Counted from the stretch's first letter, positions 27,535 to 37,151 are shown. The stretch is 64,000 bases of DNA from an uncultured Candidatus Saccharibacteria bacterium (GCA_964361405.1 CAYIAA010000002.1:5299-69298); one strand, 5' to 3'. A program made the numbers and translations. The notes: generated by a model from the sequence alone, not told the origin.

Positions 27535-27977
27535 AACTATTTCTTCTACGGCACACTGAATATACTCCGGATTTTTCCATTGCCGGGAATGTTGACCCAG
27601 GCCTTTCGGAAGATGGAAAAAAACACGCAGAAGTATTGGCAGAAAAACTCGCCGGAGAAACATACAACTATATTTTTGTCAGCCCGAAAAAAAGAACGCT
27701 CGAAACGGTATTGCCGCTCATTGAACGTTTAAAAAATATTGAACCGATGGAAAATAATTTTCTTCTCGAGGGTGACTCACTCGAAGAAACGTTTGGACGA
27801 GCGCAATCATTTCTCGATTTTCTAAAAAAAGATTTTCAGGACGCTACAGTGCTTACGTGCGGACACCAAATATCTCTTTCATGTCTTGCACTTCTTCTGC
27901 GAGGTGAACCACTTGAGCGATTTAGCGATACGGAACCGTTTGAATACGGCGAGGTACGGACATTCGGCGTGAAATGA
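27531..27977 (+). CDS. histidine phosphatase family protein (SixA/PGM-like)
   Basis: LLRHTE catalytic RHG-type motif and a second His in TCGHQISL; 4-nt overlap with tsaC. Confidence 0.65.
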   Translation: MKLFLLRHTEYTPDFSIAGNVDPGLSEDGKKHAEVLAEKLAGETYNYIFVSPKKRTLETVLPLIERLKNIEPMENNFLLEGDSLEETFGRAQSFLDFLKKDFQDATVLTCGHQISLSCLALLLRGEPLERFSDTEPFEYGEVRTFGVK

Positions 27978-27981
27978 AATA

Positions 27982-28021
27982 AGTAATGCCCACCACGCAA
28001 CTCTGCGTGGTGGGCATTACT
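27982..28021. terminator. bidirectional hairpin terminator (perfect 18-bp stem)
   Basis: AGTAATGCCCACCACGCA-ACTC-TGCGTGGTGGGCATTACT between convergent genes. Confidence 0.65.
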
Positions 28022-28334
28022 CCAGTCTCAATCGACAAGGAGCGTGGACGAAAAACCGTCCGCGGAACCATTCTTTCTTCCCATCGGGAAGTGCAATGAG
28101 AAGGAGCTGTGAATGCATGAAGTTTCCGCATGTTTGCTTATGTTTGCGGAGATCAGGGTCCGCGGGACCCATACACGTACAGCGCCCAATTCCAGGTTCT
28201 TTTCTGATTTCAAGAACCTCACGTGGCCCATCGTCGTACCTGTCGATGAAATGTTCAACGAGTCCACGCATAATCTCATAGGGGTCGCAGATGTTCGGGA
28301 TTACCCATTCCCCTTTCTTGAATTCAACAGCCAT
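28017..28334 (-). CDS. hypothetical protein (105 aa)
   Basis: ORF with a convergent terminator; Cys/His-containing (CTCMGP ... CGNFMH); no family recognised. Confidence 0.35.
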   Translation of the reverse strand: MAVEFKKGEWVIPNICDPYEIMRGLVEHFIDRYDDGPREVLEIRKEPGIGRCTCMGPADPDLRKHKQTCGNFMHSQLLLIALPDGKKEWFRGRFFVHAPCRLRLE

Positions 28335-28658
28335 AGTTTCTCCTTGACCGCATCCGCGGAGAGAATTGTGGAAGGTCTAACCCAGCTCAAGCATAGGGGA
28401 GTATGCTCCACGTTGTCAATCAGGAGTGACACTACATAAATCATTAAGTGTCAATAGCTCCCACTCCGAACAATTTTTCAAAAAGAAAGAAACAACTCAA
28501 AAAAAGTCTTACTGCTTCCCCTGCGTCCGGCTGGTGAGATTTTTTTGTTTTACAAAACTCTTTTTTTGTTTTCTTTTCCGTTTTCTATCGGTTATCCACT
28601 TTTTTGTCGAACAGTTGCGATTACAATACAATTTACCAATGAATTTTTTCTTCTAAAA

Positions 28659-30992
28659 ATGAAAGGAAAAGGGGAAACTCAATTAAAGGGACGAACATTA
28701 CCGGGAAAAATTCGGAAGCGCGACGGATCTGTTGCGGCGTTTGACCTTGAACGTATTTCAGTCGCCGTTGGGAAGGCAATGAAGGCCTCCGGTGAGCTCA
28801 ATGGCGATAAAGGACCCGAAATCGTTGCCGCCGCAGTGGGTCAAGACCTTGCGCATGTTGTTAAGACGAGCAAAAACTACGTCCCAACAGTCGAAGAAGT
28901 GCAGGATTTGGTGGAACGACAGCTTATTTTGCACCGGTATGCCCGTGCAGCTAAGGCATATATTCTTTACCGCGACAAACGAGCAGAAGTTCGTCGTTCT
29001 GAGAAAGCGGTTCCGGAGAAAGTAAAAGAACTTACTGCGGAGAGCAAGAAATATTTCAAGAACCAACTTGCTGAATTCGTTTTCTATACGACGTACTCGA
29101 AATGGATTCCGGAGGAATCACGACGTGAGACGTGGATTGAGACTTCGGAGCGTTATATGTCGTTTATGCGAGAAACGCTCGACGACAAGCTCACGGAAAA
29201 GGAGTACGAAGAAATTCGTGAATATATACTCGAGATGAAAGCACTCGGATCCATGCGTCTTCTTTGGAGCGCGGGACCGGCGGTGCGGAAATCAAATGTC
29301 ACCGCGTACAACTGTTCTTTTGTTGCACCGACCGAGTGGCAAGACTTCGGCGAGATTGCCTACATTTCGATGTGCGGCACCGGTGTCGGATTTTCCGTCG
29401 AGCATCAAAACATTGAACGACTTCCGTTTATTGAACGTCAAACCGAAGAAAAACTCCCGACTCACGTTGTGCTTGATTCAAAAGAAGGGTGGGCAGATGC
29501 GCTCGTTCTTGGGATGAAGACATGGGCTTCCGGAAAAGACATTGAGTTTGATTATTCAAAGGTGCGTCCGCAGGGTTCACGGCTCGTCACTATGGGTGGT
29601 CGCGCATCGGGCCCCGGACCTCTCCGACAACTTCTCGACTTCACGCGCGAAAAAATGTTTAACCGCCAAGGAAGACGGCTCACTACACTCGATGCTCACG
29701 ACATCATTTGTAAGATTGGCGAAGTTGTTGTCGCAGGCGGCGTGAGGCGGAGTGCACTCATTTCGCTCTCTGATCTCGACGATATTTCTATGAGAGAAGC
29801 GAAGAATGGGCAATTTTATCTCACGAACCCACAGCGCTCCATGGCGAATAATTCTGCGGTCTATAACGAAAAGCCGACTGAAAAAGAATTTCTCGCCGAG
29901 TGGAGTAACTTAGTTGCCTCCGGGTCTGGCGAGCGGGGGATTTTCAATCGAAGCACTCTGAAAAAGCAACTCCCCGCGCGAAGGTGGAAGATATTTGAAC
30001 CAGAGCGTTTTGTAGCGGGAACTAATCCGTGCGGGGAGATTATTCTCAAACCGAAGCAGTTCTGCAATTTAACCGAAGTGGTTGCTCGAGCGGAAGATAC
30101 CGAGGATACACTCCTCGAAAAGACCAGGATTGCAACGATTCTGGGCACCTACCAGTCCATGCTCACTAACTTTAAGTATTTATCCCCGGAGTGGAAAAAG
30201 AATTGTGATGAAGAACGTTTGCTTGGGGTGTCTATTACTGGGCAATGGGACTGTAAGGTAGTGCGGAATCCGAACACGCTTCGAAAAATGAAGGAGGTTG
30301 CGATTGAAACGAACCGGAAGTATGCCACACGCTTCGGTATCAATGCATCAACTGCAATTACGTGCGTAAAACCTTCCGGAAACGGTTCACAGCTTTTTGA
30401 TTCGTCTTCGGGTATGCACCCGCGACATGCACGATTCTACATTCGCCGCGTGAGAATCGAACGACACAATCCGCTTTTCGCAATGCTCCGCGACATGGGA
30501 GTTCCAACACATCCAGAAGTCGGTTCTACAGAAGATACGGCAAATACATTCGTACTTGAGTTTCCCGTAAAGGCACCGAAGGGAACAACACACTTCAAGG
30601 ATGATGTGTCAGCGCATGAACTGCTTGAGTACTGGAAGATGGTGAAAGAAAATTATACTGAACACAATCCTTCAACGACAATTTCCGTAGATGAGGGAGA
30701 ATGGCTTGAAGTTGCCCACTGGGTGTATGCACACTGGGATATCATTGGCGGCCTCTCGTTTTTGCCGCGGAGTGAGCACGTTTATAAACTCGCGCCCTAT
30801 GAAGCAGTCACTGAAGAGCGTTATAATGAACTCTCGAAGAATTTTCCCGAGATTGATTTTTCAAAGATTGTACTCTATGAGTATGACGACACAACCACTG
30901 GTTCAAAGGAACTCGCCTGTGTTTCGGGAACGTGCGAAATCGATATGCCTCATGTGCAAGTCATCGATGACGCCAAGGCAGTTGCAAAATAA
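28659..30992 (+). CDS. nrdJ: class II (adenosylcobalamin-dependent) ribonucleotide reductase with N-terminal ATP-cone
   Basis: ATP-cone IRKRDGSVAAFDLERISVAVGKAM; active-site NPCGEI; C-terminal redox pair CVSGTCE; start ATG 28659. Confidence 0.9.
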   Translation: MKGKGETQLKGRTLPGKIRKRDGSVAAFDLERISVAVGKAMKASGELNGDKGPEIVAAAVGQDLAHVVKTSKNYVPTVEEVQDLVERQLILHRYARAAKAYILYRDKRAEVRRSEKAVPEKVKELTAESKKYFKNQLAEFVFYTTYSKWIPEESRRETWIETSERYMSFMRETLDDKLTEKEYEEIREYILEMKALGSMRLLWSAGPAVRKSNVTAYNCSFVAPTEWQDFGEIAYISMCGTGVGFSVEHQNIERLPFIERQTEEKLPTHVVLDSKEGWADALVLGMKTWASGKDIEFDYSKVRPQGSRLVTMGGRASGPGPLRQLLDFTREKMFNRQGRRLTTLDAHDIICKIGEVVVAGGVRRSALISLSDLDDISMREAKNGQFYLTNPQRSMANNSAVYNEKPTEKEFLAEWSNLVASGSGERGIFNRSTLKKQLPARRWKIFEPERFVAGTNPCGEIILKPKQFCNLTEVVARAEDTEDTLLEKTRIATILGTYQSMLTNFKYLSPEWKKNCDEERLLGVSITGQWDCKVVRNPNTLRKMKEVAIETNRKYATRFGINASTAITCVKPSGNGSQLFDSSSGMHPRHARFYIRRVRIERHNPLFAMLRDMGVPTHPEVGSTEDTANTFVLEFPVKAPKGTTHFKDDVSAHELLEYWKMVKENYTEHNPSTTISVDEGEWLEVAHWVYAHWDIIGGLSFLPRSEHVYKLAPYEAVTEERYNELSKNFPEIDFSKIVLYEYDDTTTGSKELACVSGTCEIDMPHVQVIDDAKAVAK

Positions 30993-31020
30993 GAAAAGGT
31001 TATTTATACTCTAATTCGGT

Positions 31021-31366
31021 TTTGTGCCGGATAGGTGCTCTTCGCTTCATGCGGGGAGAGGAAAGTCCGAACACTCACACACGGAAGTGTGTAGCAAGGT
31101 AGCGGGTAACGCCCGTCGGGAGTAATCCTAGAGATGCGAACAGAGACGTTGCTCTCCGAAAGGAGAGCAACATCATCTGATAAATCAGATGATGAGTCCC
31201 GACAGAAATGTCGGGAGTGAAACGGCAAAATTCTTACCTGAGTGCAAGGCCGAGTCCCGCCTTTTGGCGGGAAGCGCCGCTTGATCCCCTCGGCGACGTC
31301 GGGACCAGATAGATACCTATCGTTCCGCTTTGAGCGGAATACAGAATTCGGCTTATAGGCACAAAG
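31021..31366 (+). ncRNA. rnpB: RNase P RNA (bacterial type A)
   Basis: P4 halves GAGGAAAGTCCGAAC ... and ... ACAGAATTCGGCTTATAGG; GGTAACGCC ... GGGAGTAA module; P1 pairing TTTGTGCC/GGCACAAA. Confidence 0.85.
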
Positions 31367-31382
31367 CAAGAACTATGAAAAA

Positions 31383-31408
31383 CCCCGCCTTACTGGCGGG
31401 GTTTTTCT
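31383..31408. terminator. bidirectional rho-independent terminator
   Basis: CCCCGCC-ttact-GGCGGGG followed by TTTTTCT; A-run on the other side serves the minus-strand gene. Confidence 0.7.
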
Positions 31409-31429
31409 ACCTCATCCTCAATTGAATTA

Positions 31430-31636
31430 CTAGAGAAGCAAGGTCAAGGTGCCAGAGCGTTTTCTGGTGCCGTGTTTTTTTGCAAAGCGTTCAAGTTCTG
31501 CAACCCGGTAGATTCGGTAGCGGTTTTTACTACGCCGTGCCTTCAATTTCCCCGAGCGGTCCCAACCCCGAAGTGTTCCCACGGAGACCCCGAGGATTTC
31601 AGCTGCAGTTTGAATGGTGATGCCGCCTTTGAGCAT
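31430..31636 (-). CDS. excisionase/MerR-like helix-turn-helix DNA-binding protein (69 aa)
   Basis: ITIQTAAEILGVSVGTLRGWDRSGKLKARRSKNRYRIYRVAELERF; start chosen at M19 (ATG 31636); the TTG at 31690 would leave no divergent promoter space before murJ. Confidence 0.65.
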   Translation of the reverse strand: MLKGGITIQTAAEILGVSVGTLRGWDRSGKLKARRSKNRYRIYRVAELERFAKKHGTRKRSGTLTLLL

Positions 31637-31692
31637 GTAAATCGTGTTTTCCCCATCATACACCATCAGAAGAGCTGTGGTACTATTCAAAA

Positions 31693-33378
31693 GTGGTAAA
31701 ACGGGTCACGGCACTCCTCCACAGGGAATATAACGGCCTCCATGAGGCCGCGTTTCTTTTGGCAGTATCCGCGGTGGGGGCACAGATTCTCGGACTTATT
31801 CGTGACCGCATTTTCGCCGCTACATTCGGGGCAACATCCCAACTCGATGTCTACTACGCCGCATTTCGTATTCCGGATTTTCTCTATGTTTCGGTTGCAT
31901 CATTCGTATCCGTTTCGGTGCTCATTCCTTTTATTGTTGAAAAACTTACTACCCGTGACCACGAGAGCGTAAAGAGATTCTTGAGTTCCATATTTGCGGT
32001 GTATGCCGCGATGATGTTTCTCGGGGTCGTGTGCGCTTATTTCGCCATTCCGTACCTCACAGGATTCGTGGTTCCCGGATTTAATGCTACCGCTCAGGGT
32101 GATTTTATACTGCTTTCGCGTATTCTTCTTCTCTCCCCAGTCCTCCTTGGTCTCTCGAGTTTTTTTGGAAGCATAAATCAAGCATCGCGGAGATTTTTGA
32201 ATATTGCCCTTGCACCTATTCTCTATAACGCCGGCATTATCATCGGGGCGCTTTTTTTCTATCCGAGCATGGGAGTTGTCGGTCTCGTCCTCGGTGTTCT
32301 CTTGGGTGCCTTTCTCCATCTCGCGATTCAAATTCCGTCTGTCGTACGCGAGAGATTGATGCCCGAGAGGACAAATTTTCAGTGGTCAGCCGATCTTAGG
32401 GCTGTTACCCTGCTTTCCCTTCCGCGGACTGTGGCGCTTGGCGCGCATACAATCGTTATCATCGTACTCACTGCCATAGCTTCCCAGATGTCGGAGGGGT
32501 CTATTGCCATATTTACGTTCGCGTATAATCTTCAATCGGTGCCGCTTGCCATTGTGGGAGCAAGCTATTCTGTTGCGGCATTCCCGACACTTGCTTCACT
32601 CTTTGCGAACGGCGAACGTCGAGCGTTTGTTGACCATATCGTGACTGCGGGACGCCATATTTTATTTTGGTCAATCCCAATTGCTTCACTCTTTATCGTT
32701 TTGCGCGCACAAATTGTCCGAAGCATCTTGGGGGCCGGTGCATTCAATTGGGAGGCGACACGTCTCACTGCCGCAGCACTTGCACTTTTCTCCGTGAGTG
32801 TCGCCGCGCAGAGTTTGGTGCTTCTCTTCGTCCGCGGTTACTATGCAGCCGGGAATACGAGAAAACCTCTCCTCCTCAATGTTGTTTCGTCAGTGGGGAC
32901 TGTACTTCTCGTGCTATTTTTTACGAAGTTTCTTAATACGGCGGGGGAAGTACGGTTTTTCTTTGAGGCGCTTCTTAAAGTCGAAGGTATACCCGGTACG
33001 GATGTTCTTATTCTTCCACTCGCATTTTCAGTGGGAGCGCTTGCGAATGTTCTTTTTCTTTCTCTCGCGTTCCGGCGGGATTTCCGAGAACACTACTCAT
33101 CTATCCGAAGAAATGTTCTCCATTCATTCGGAGCGGCTGTCATCATGGGTTTTGTCGCATACCAGGCGCTCAAAGTTCTTGACGATGTTTTTGATATTAC
33201 GACATTTGTCGGAATTTTCCTGCAAGGACTTGGCGCCGGTATCGCGGGGATAGCCACGGGTATTCTCGTTCTCATGGTACTCGAAAACCATGAACTCCGT
33301 GAATTACGGCAGGCTCTTGGACGGCGTATTCCGGGACTTCGACCATTTATTTCGAGTCCGGACGATTTTGAGCGATAG
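31693..33378 (+). CDS. murJ: lipid II flippase MurJ (MviN)
   Basis: 14-TM profile with GAQILGLIRDRIFAATFG ... LDVYYAAFRIPDFLY; GTG start. Confidence 0.85.
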   Translation: MVKRVTALLHREYNGLHEAAFLLAVSAVGAQILGLIRDRIFAATFGATSQLDVYYAAFRIPDFLYVSVASFVSVSVLIPFIVEKLTTRDHESVKRFLSSIFAVYAAMMFLGVVCAYFAIPYLTGFVVPGFNATAQGDFILLSRILLLSPVLLGLSSFFGSINQASRRFLNIALAPILYNAGIIIGALFFYPSMGVVGLVLGVLLGAFLHLAIQIPSVVRERLMPERTNFQWSADLRAVTLLSLPRTVALGAHTIVIIVLTAIASQMSEGSIAIFTFAYNLQSVPLAIVGASYSVAAFPTLASLFANGERRAFVDHIVTAGRHILFWSIPIASLFIVLRAQIVRSILGAGAFNWEATRLTAAALALFSVSVAAQSLVLLFVRGYYAAGNTRKPLLLNVVSSVGTVLLVLFFTKFLNTAGEVRFFFEALLKVEGIPGTDVLILPLAFSVGALANVLFLSLAFRRDFREHYSSIRRNVLHSFGAAVIMGFVAYQALKVLDDVFDITTFVGIFLQGLGAGIAGIATGILVLMVLENHELRELRQALGRRIPGLRPFISSPDDFER

Positions 33379-33491
33379 TATTCGTCGGAACCTATTGACA
33401 ATAAAGAGTCTTTCACTTATATTAATACCGGACCGGAGTAGAGTGTACTCCTGTTCTTGTTCTTGAAAATCGAAAATGGAAGGGGGGACTA

Positions 33492-33704
33492 ATGCTACCC
33501 GTAGAGAACGCGACCTCGATATCGGACGACCAGCTCGAGAGGTTCCTCACGAAGAAATTCGGCGTGGAGTACTTGGTGAAGGTCACCCAGGCCGAGGTCA
33601 AGGAGGCCGCGGAAGAGATACACGCACACAGAGGGCGTGATGTCGCATTCCGCAACGTGGATCCAGCGCGCATCGCTCGGAGCCGCGTGGTATTCTCGAC
33701 GTAG
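33492..33704 (+). CDS. small acidic hypothetical protein (70 aa), GC-rich
   Basis: Strong SD GGAAGGGGGG 5 nt upstream, own downstream terminator, GAG/AAG/GTC/GCC codon bias unlike neighbours. Confidence 0.4.
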   Translation: MLPVENATSISDDQLERFLTKKFGVEYLVKVTQAEVKEAAEEIHAHRGRDVAFRNVDPARIARSRVVFST

Positions 33705-33759
33705 GATACCAATTCAAGTTCGAGCGGAGCTCCTAGTTCCGCACCCCCCAACCCCCCAG

Positions 33760-33820
33760 CGCGATGGGAGCCCGTACCGGTGTTTATACCGGCCGAGACT
33801 CCCGTCGCGTTTTCGTTTTT
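33760..33820 (+). terminator. compound hairpin terminator
   Basis: Outer stem CGCGATGGGAG/CTCCCGTCGCG, inner CCGGT-gtttat-ACCGG, followed by TTTTCGTTTTT. Confidence 0.45.
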
Positions 33821-33834
33821 ACGTATTTTTCAGT

Positions 33835-35646
33835 ATGATGCATCCACATATGGACCCATCTCTCATCAGAAATTTTTCCATCATCGCGCATATTGATCAC
33901 GGCAAGTCCACACTTGCCGACCGCATGCTTGAACTTACTGCCACTGTCGAGAAGCGCAAAATGCGCGAGCAGGTACTCGACCAGATGGAGCTTGAGCGCG
34001 AACGAGGTATCACCATTAAGATGCAGCCAGTCAAGATGCGTTACACTTCTCTCGGGAAAACGTACCAGCTTAATTTAATTGATACACCTGGCCACATTGA
34101 TTTTTCCTATGAGGTGTCGCGGTCTTTGCGCGCGGTTGAGGGAGTGATACTTCTCGTTGATGCTACGCAGGGAATAGAAGCACAGACACTCTCCGTTCTC
34201 GACGCGGCGCGTGAACATAATCTCGTCGTAATCCCCGTCGTCAATAAGATTGATCTTCAGAATGCAGAAGTCGAAGAGACCCGCTCTGCCCTCGCCGAAC
34301 TCCTCTCCGAAGATCCTTCCCGCGTTCTCTTGGTTTCTGGAAAGACCGGTCTTGGTGTCGGGGACCTTCTTCAGTCAGTCGTCGAGCGTATTCCGGCTCC
34401 AGGCGAGGGCCCGACGAATGAAAAATCCTGTCGCGGACTTATTTTTGATTCAGAGTATACTACACATCGAGGGATTATTGTCTCGGTGCGGATGTTTGAG
34501 GGATCGGTTTCCGAAGGCGACGAGCTTTCTTTTTCACATGCCGGTATCAGTTTTAATGCGCAGGAGGTCGGCATTTTTTCCCCGGAGCGGAGACAAACGG
34601 ATTCTCTCGCCTCGGGCGAGATTGGGTACGTCGTGACCGGACTCAAAGAGCCAGGACTCGTGCAGGTTGGCGATACGCTTCTCCGGAAGAATTCTCAACT
34701 CGCTCCGATTCCGGGTTACCAGAGACCTCAACCGGTGGTTTTTGCCTCGCTCTACCCAGAAGAACAGGATGATATTACAGCGCTCTCACACTCTCTCACC
34801 AAGCTCCGTCTCTCCGATTCATCGCTTACCTTCGAAGAGGAAGCGTCAGATGCGCTTGGGAAAGGCTTCCGGTGCGGATTCCTGGGACTACTCCACCTTG
34901 AAATTATCGCCGAGCGATTGAAGCGCGAGTTTAATCAAAATCTCATCGTGACGAGTCCAACGATTAGTTTTGAGGTCCATCTCCGAGGCGGTCGCACCGA
35001 AATTGTTCGTTCTCCTTCTCGATTTCCCGATGAAGGAGTGATTGAAAGCGTCCTTGAGCCGTGGGTGATTTGCCGGTTGATTACGCCTCCAGAATACATT
35101 GGGCAGTGTCTACAGCTTCTCTACGAACATGAAGCAGAGGTGGGGGAGACCATGACTCTGCGCGGCAACCGCACGTCACTCAATGCAGAGATGCCACTCC
35201 GTGAGCTCATGCGCGGATTTTTTGATGCACTGAAGAGCGCGACCAAAGGATACGCTTCACTCTCGTACCGTATGATTGGGATGCGAGAAGCCGATGTGGT
35301 GCGTCTCGACATTCTTCTCGCGGATGAAGTTGCGCTTCCGCTTACGCGTATTGTCTCCGTGAGGCGCGTGGAACATGAGGCCCAGTCGCTTGCCCAGCGG
35401 CTAGAGGAGAACTTACCGCGCCAGCTTTTTGCCTTAAAAATCCAAGCCCGCGCCCGAGGTCGTATCATCGCTTCGCGCACACTCTCCGCGCTCCGGAAAG
35501 ACGTCACTGGGTATCTTTATGGAGGAGATGTGACGCGGAAAATGAAACTCCTCGAGAAGCAGAAAAAAGGAAAAAAGAAGCTCGCGAAGCAAGGTCGCGT
35601 TAAAATCCCGCAAGACGTATTTCTCAAACTTGTCCGCCGTTCCTAG
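33835..35646 (+). CDS. lepA: elongation factor 4 (LepA)
   Basis: IIAHIDHGKSTLADR, DTPGHIDF, NKIDL, LepA C-terminal domain; start ATG 33835. Confidence 0.9.
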   Translation: MMHPHMDPSLIRNFSIIAHIDHGKSTLADRMLELTATVEKRKMREQVLDQMELERERGITIKMQPVKMRYTSLGKTYQLNLIDTPGHIDFSYEVSRSLRAVEGVILLVDATQGIEAQTLSVLDAAREHNLVVIPVVNKIDLQNAEVEETRSALAELLSEDPSRVLLVSGKTGLGVGDLLQSVVERIPAPGEGPTNEKSCRGLIFDSEYTTHRGIIVSVRMFEGSVSEGDELSFSHAGISFNAQEVGIFSPERRQTDSLASGEIGYVVTGLKEPGLVQVGDTLLRKNSQLAPIPGYQRPQPVVFASLYPEEQDDITALSHSLTKLRLSDSSLTFEEEASDALGKGFRCGFLGLLHLEIIAERLKREFNQNLIVTSPTISFEVHLRGGRTEIVRSPSRFPDEGVIESVLEPWVICRLITPPEYIGQCLQLLYEHEAEVGETMTLRGNRTSLNAEMPLRELMRGFFDALKSATKGYASLSYRMIGMREADVVRLDILLADEVALPLTRIVSVRRVEHEAQSLAQRLEENLPRQLFALKIQARARGRIIASRTLSALRKDVTGYLYGGDVTRKMKLLEKQKKGKKKLAKQGRVKIPQDVFLKLVRRS

Positions 35647-35851
35647 ATATCTCTCTCGACACCGAGGATTTATGAGAAGAGCGGTAGATAGAGAAGGACC
35701 ATACTTGCGATGACGATGATGGAGATTATGGACCAGATAATGCGCACTCTGCGTCGGTGTCGTTCCTTGATGAACATATGCGTTGCCTCCTGTTTCGATT
35801 TTATTATAATACATCTATTATACGCGGCGGGGCCGGGTATGAACACTGCCA

Positions 35852-36223
35852 ATGCGGAGAAATGAGAGACGGAAAAGAAAATTTTCGCTGAAAAGCTACG
35901 GTGTAGCCCTTGGTTTGATCGCCCTCATCGTTTTCCTCGCGAAGCCGGTGTGGGGCGTGTATCAGAAGGAGAGGGCAGTGCGGGCGGAGGAGCGCGAGAC
36001 CAGAAGAGAGCTTAATACACTTCTCGAGCGCAAGGCATTTCTTGAGACCGAGGTGGCGCGTCTCTCGAGTGGGCGGGGTATTGAGGAAGAGGTACGGACC
36101 AAGTTCCCCGTAGCACAGCCAGGCGAAGAAGTTATTGTCGTTGTTGATGAAGAAGGGACTGCCACGTCTTCAGCGAGTGCTCAAGGAGGTTTTTGGAGTA
36201 AGATATTTCCCTGGTTCAGGTAA
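35852..36223 (+). CDS. septum formation initiator-like protein (FtsB/DivIC-like)
   Basis: N-terminal basic stretch, single TM, coiled coil ELNTLLERKAFLETEVARL. Confidence 0.45.
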   Translation: MRRNERRKRKFSLKSYGVALGLIALIVFLAKPVWGVYQKERAVRAEERETRRELNTLLERKAFLETEVARLSSGRGIEEEVRTKFPVAQPGEEVIVVVDEEGTATSSASAQGGFWSKIFPWFR

Positions 36224-36256
36224 GGGAGTGGAGGTTGGTCTGGATATCTCGGATAA

Positions 36257-36327
36257 GCGGGTGTGGTTTAGTGGTAGAACAGTTGCTTCCCAAGCAACGG
36301 GCTGGGGTTCGATTCCCCGCACCCGCA
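36257..36327 (+). tRNA. tRNA-Gly (anticodon CCC)
   Basis: Acceptor GCGGGTG/CACCCGC, anticodon stem GTTGC/GCAAC, loop TTCCCAA, T-loop TTCGATT; 3' end anchored by ORF-frame arithmetic. Confidence 0.85.
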
Positions 36328-36330
36328 TCT

Positions 36331-36621
36331 GTGGCAAGAAAATTTAAGATCAAAAAAGAAAATTTCACCTGTAGTCACTGTAGTACAAGTGTCTGCGGCG
36401 ACGGGTATACAAATCACTGTCCAGCGTGCCTGTGGAGCAAGCACGTTGATGTCTATCCGGGAGATCGCGCGGAATTCTGCGGTGGAGCGATGCGCCCAAA
36501 GAGTGTCTTAATGAAGGCTGGGAGTTACACTATCACGCATGTCTGTGAACTTTGTGGGGCACAGCGATTGTGTAAAACATCTCCTGGTGACAACTTTGAA
36601 GCCATACTCGCCCTGTGTTAG
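36331..36621 (+). CDS. RNHCP-domain zinc-ribbon protein
   Basis: CSHCSTSVCGDGYTNHCPACLW ... C..C..C; only candidate start is the GTG 4 nt after the tRNA-Gly 3' end. Confidence 0.55.
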   Translation: MARKFKIKKENFTCSHCSTSVCGDGYTNHCPACLWSKHVDVYPGDRAEFCGGAMRPKSVLMKAGSYTITHVCELCGAQRLCKTSPGDNFEAILALC

Positions 36622-37151
36622 CATGTGAACACTCTCTGATGCAAAGCCGTTACTACATTAAGGATATTGTCTATGGTGCTAATGACGGCATTATCACGAC
36701 CTTTGCCATTGTGTCCGGAGTCATCGGCGCAGGGCTCTCGATGAGGACAGTGCTCATCATCGGAACCGCATCGCTCGCCGCCGATGCATTCTCCATGGCG
36801 AGCTCGAGCTATCTCGGCTCTCTATCAGAGCGCGCCGCCTTCCCACGCTTACGAGATGAAGGGGTCGTGGAGCGTCACACGAACCCGCTTACTGCCGCCC
36901 TCATCACTTTTATTTCCTTCGTGGTTGCCGGATCGATGCCACTCCTTCCGTACGTTATCTTCCGCGGAGAGGGGTTTGTGTTTTTCTTTACCGCGACCGT
37001 GACAGGACTTGCGCTCTTTCTCGCGGGGGCGCTCCGGTCGCATTTTACCCACCGCAATTTTGTCGTGAGCGGTATTGAGATGCTTGTGGTTGGTGGGATT
37101 GCCGCGGGTATTGCCTTTACGCTTGGAAAGCTGGTAAGTATCCTGACATAG
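36615..37151 (+). CDS. VIT1/CCC1-family iron/manganese transporter
   Basis: DGIITTFAIVSGVIGA ... 5 TM segments; GTG 36615 overlaps the upstream stop; alternative ATG at 36639. Confidence 0.7.
   Translation: MLACEHSLMQSRYYIKDIVYGANDGIITTFAIVSGVIGAGLSMRTVLIIGTASLAADAFSMASSSYLGSLSERAAFPRLRDEGVVERHTNPLTAALITFISFVVAGSMPLLPYVIFRGEGFVFFFTATVTGLALFLAGALRSHFTHRNFVVSGIEMLVVGGIAAGIAFTLGKLVSILT

Noticed and set aside
28335-28658. Cobalamin riboswitch or NrdR operator upstream of nrdJ
   Set aside because: No B12-box-like conserved core or NrdR-type palindrome found by eye; left as an open question only.
31004-31369. 121-aa minus-strand ORF
   Set aside because: It lies entirely antisense to the RNase P RNA gene; the rnpB signatures (GAGGAAAGTCCG, ACAGAATTCGGCTTA) explain the locus.
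33422-33751. 109-aa minus-strand ORF across the GC-rich island
   Set aside because: The plus-strand 70-aa ORF has a strong SD and a downstream terminator in the right orientation; the minus ORF has neither.
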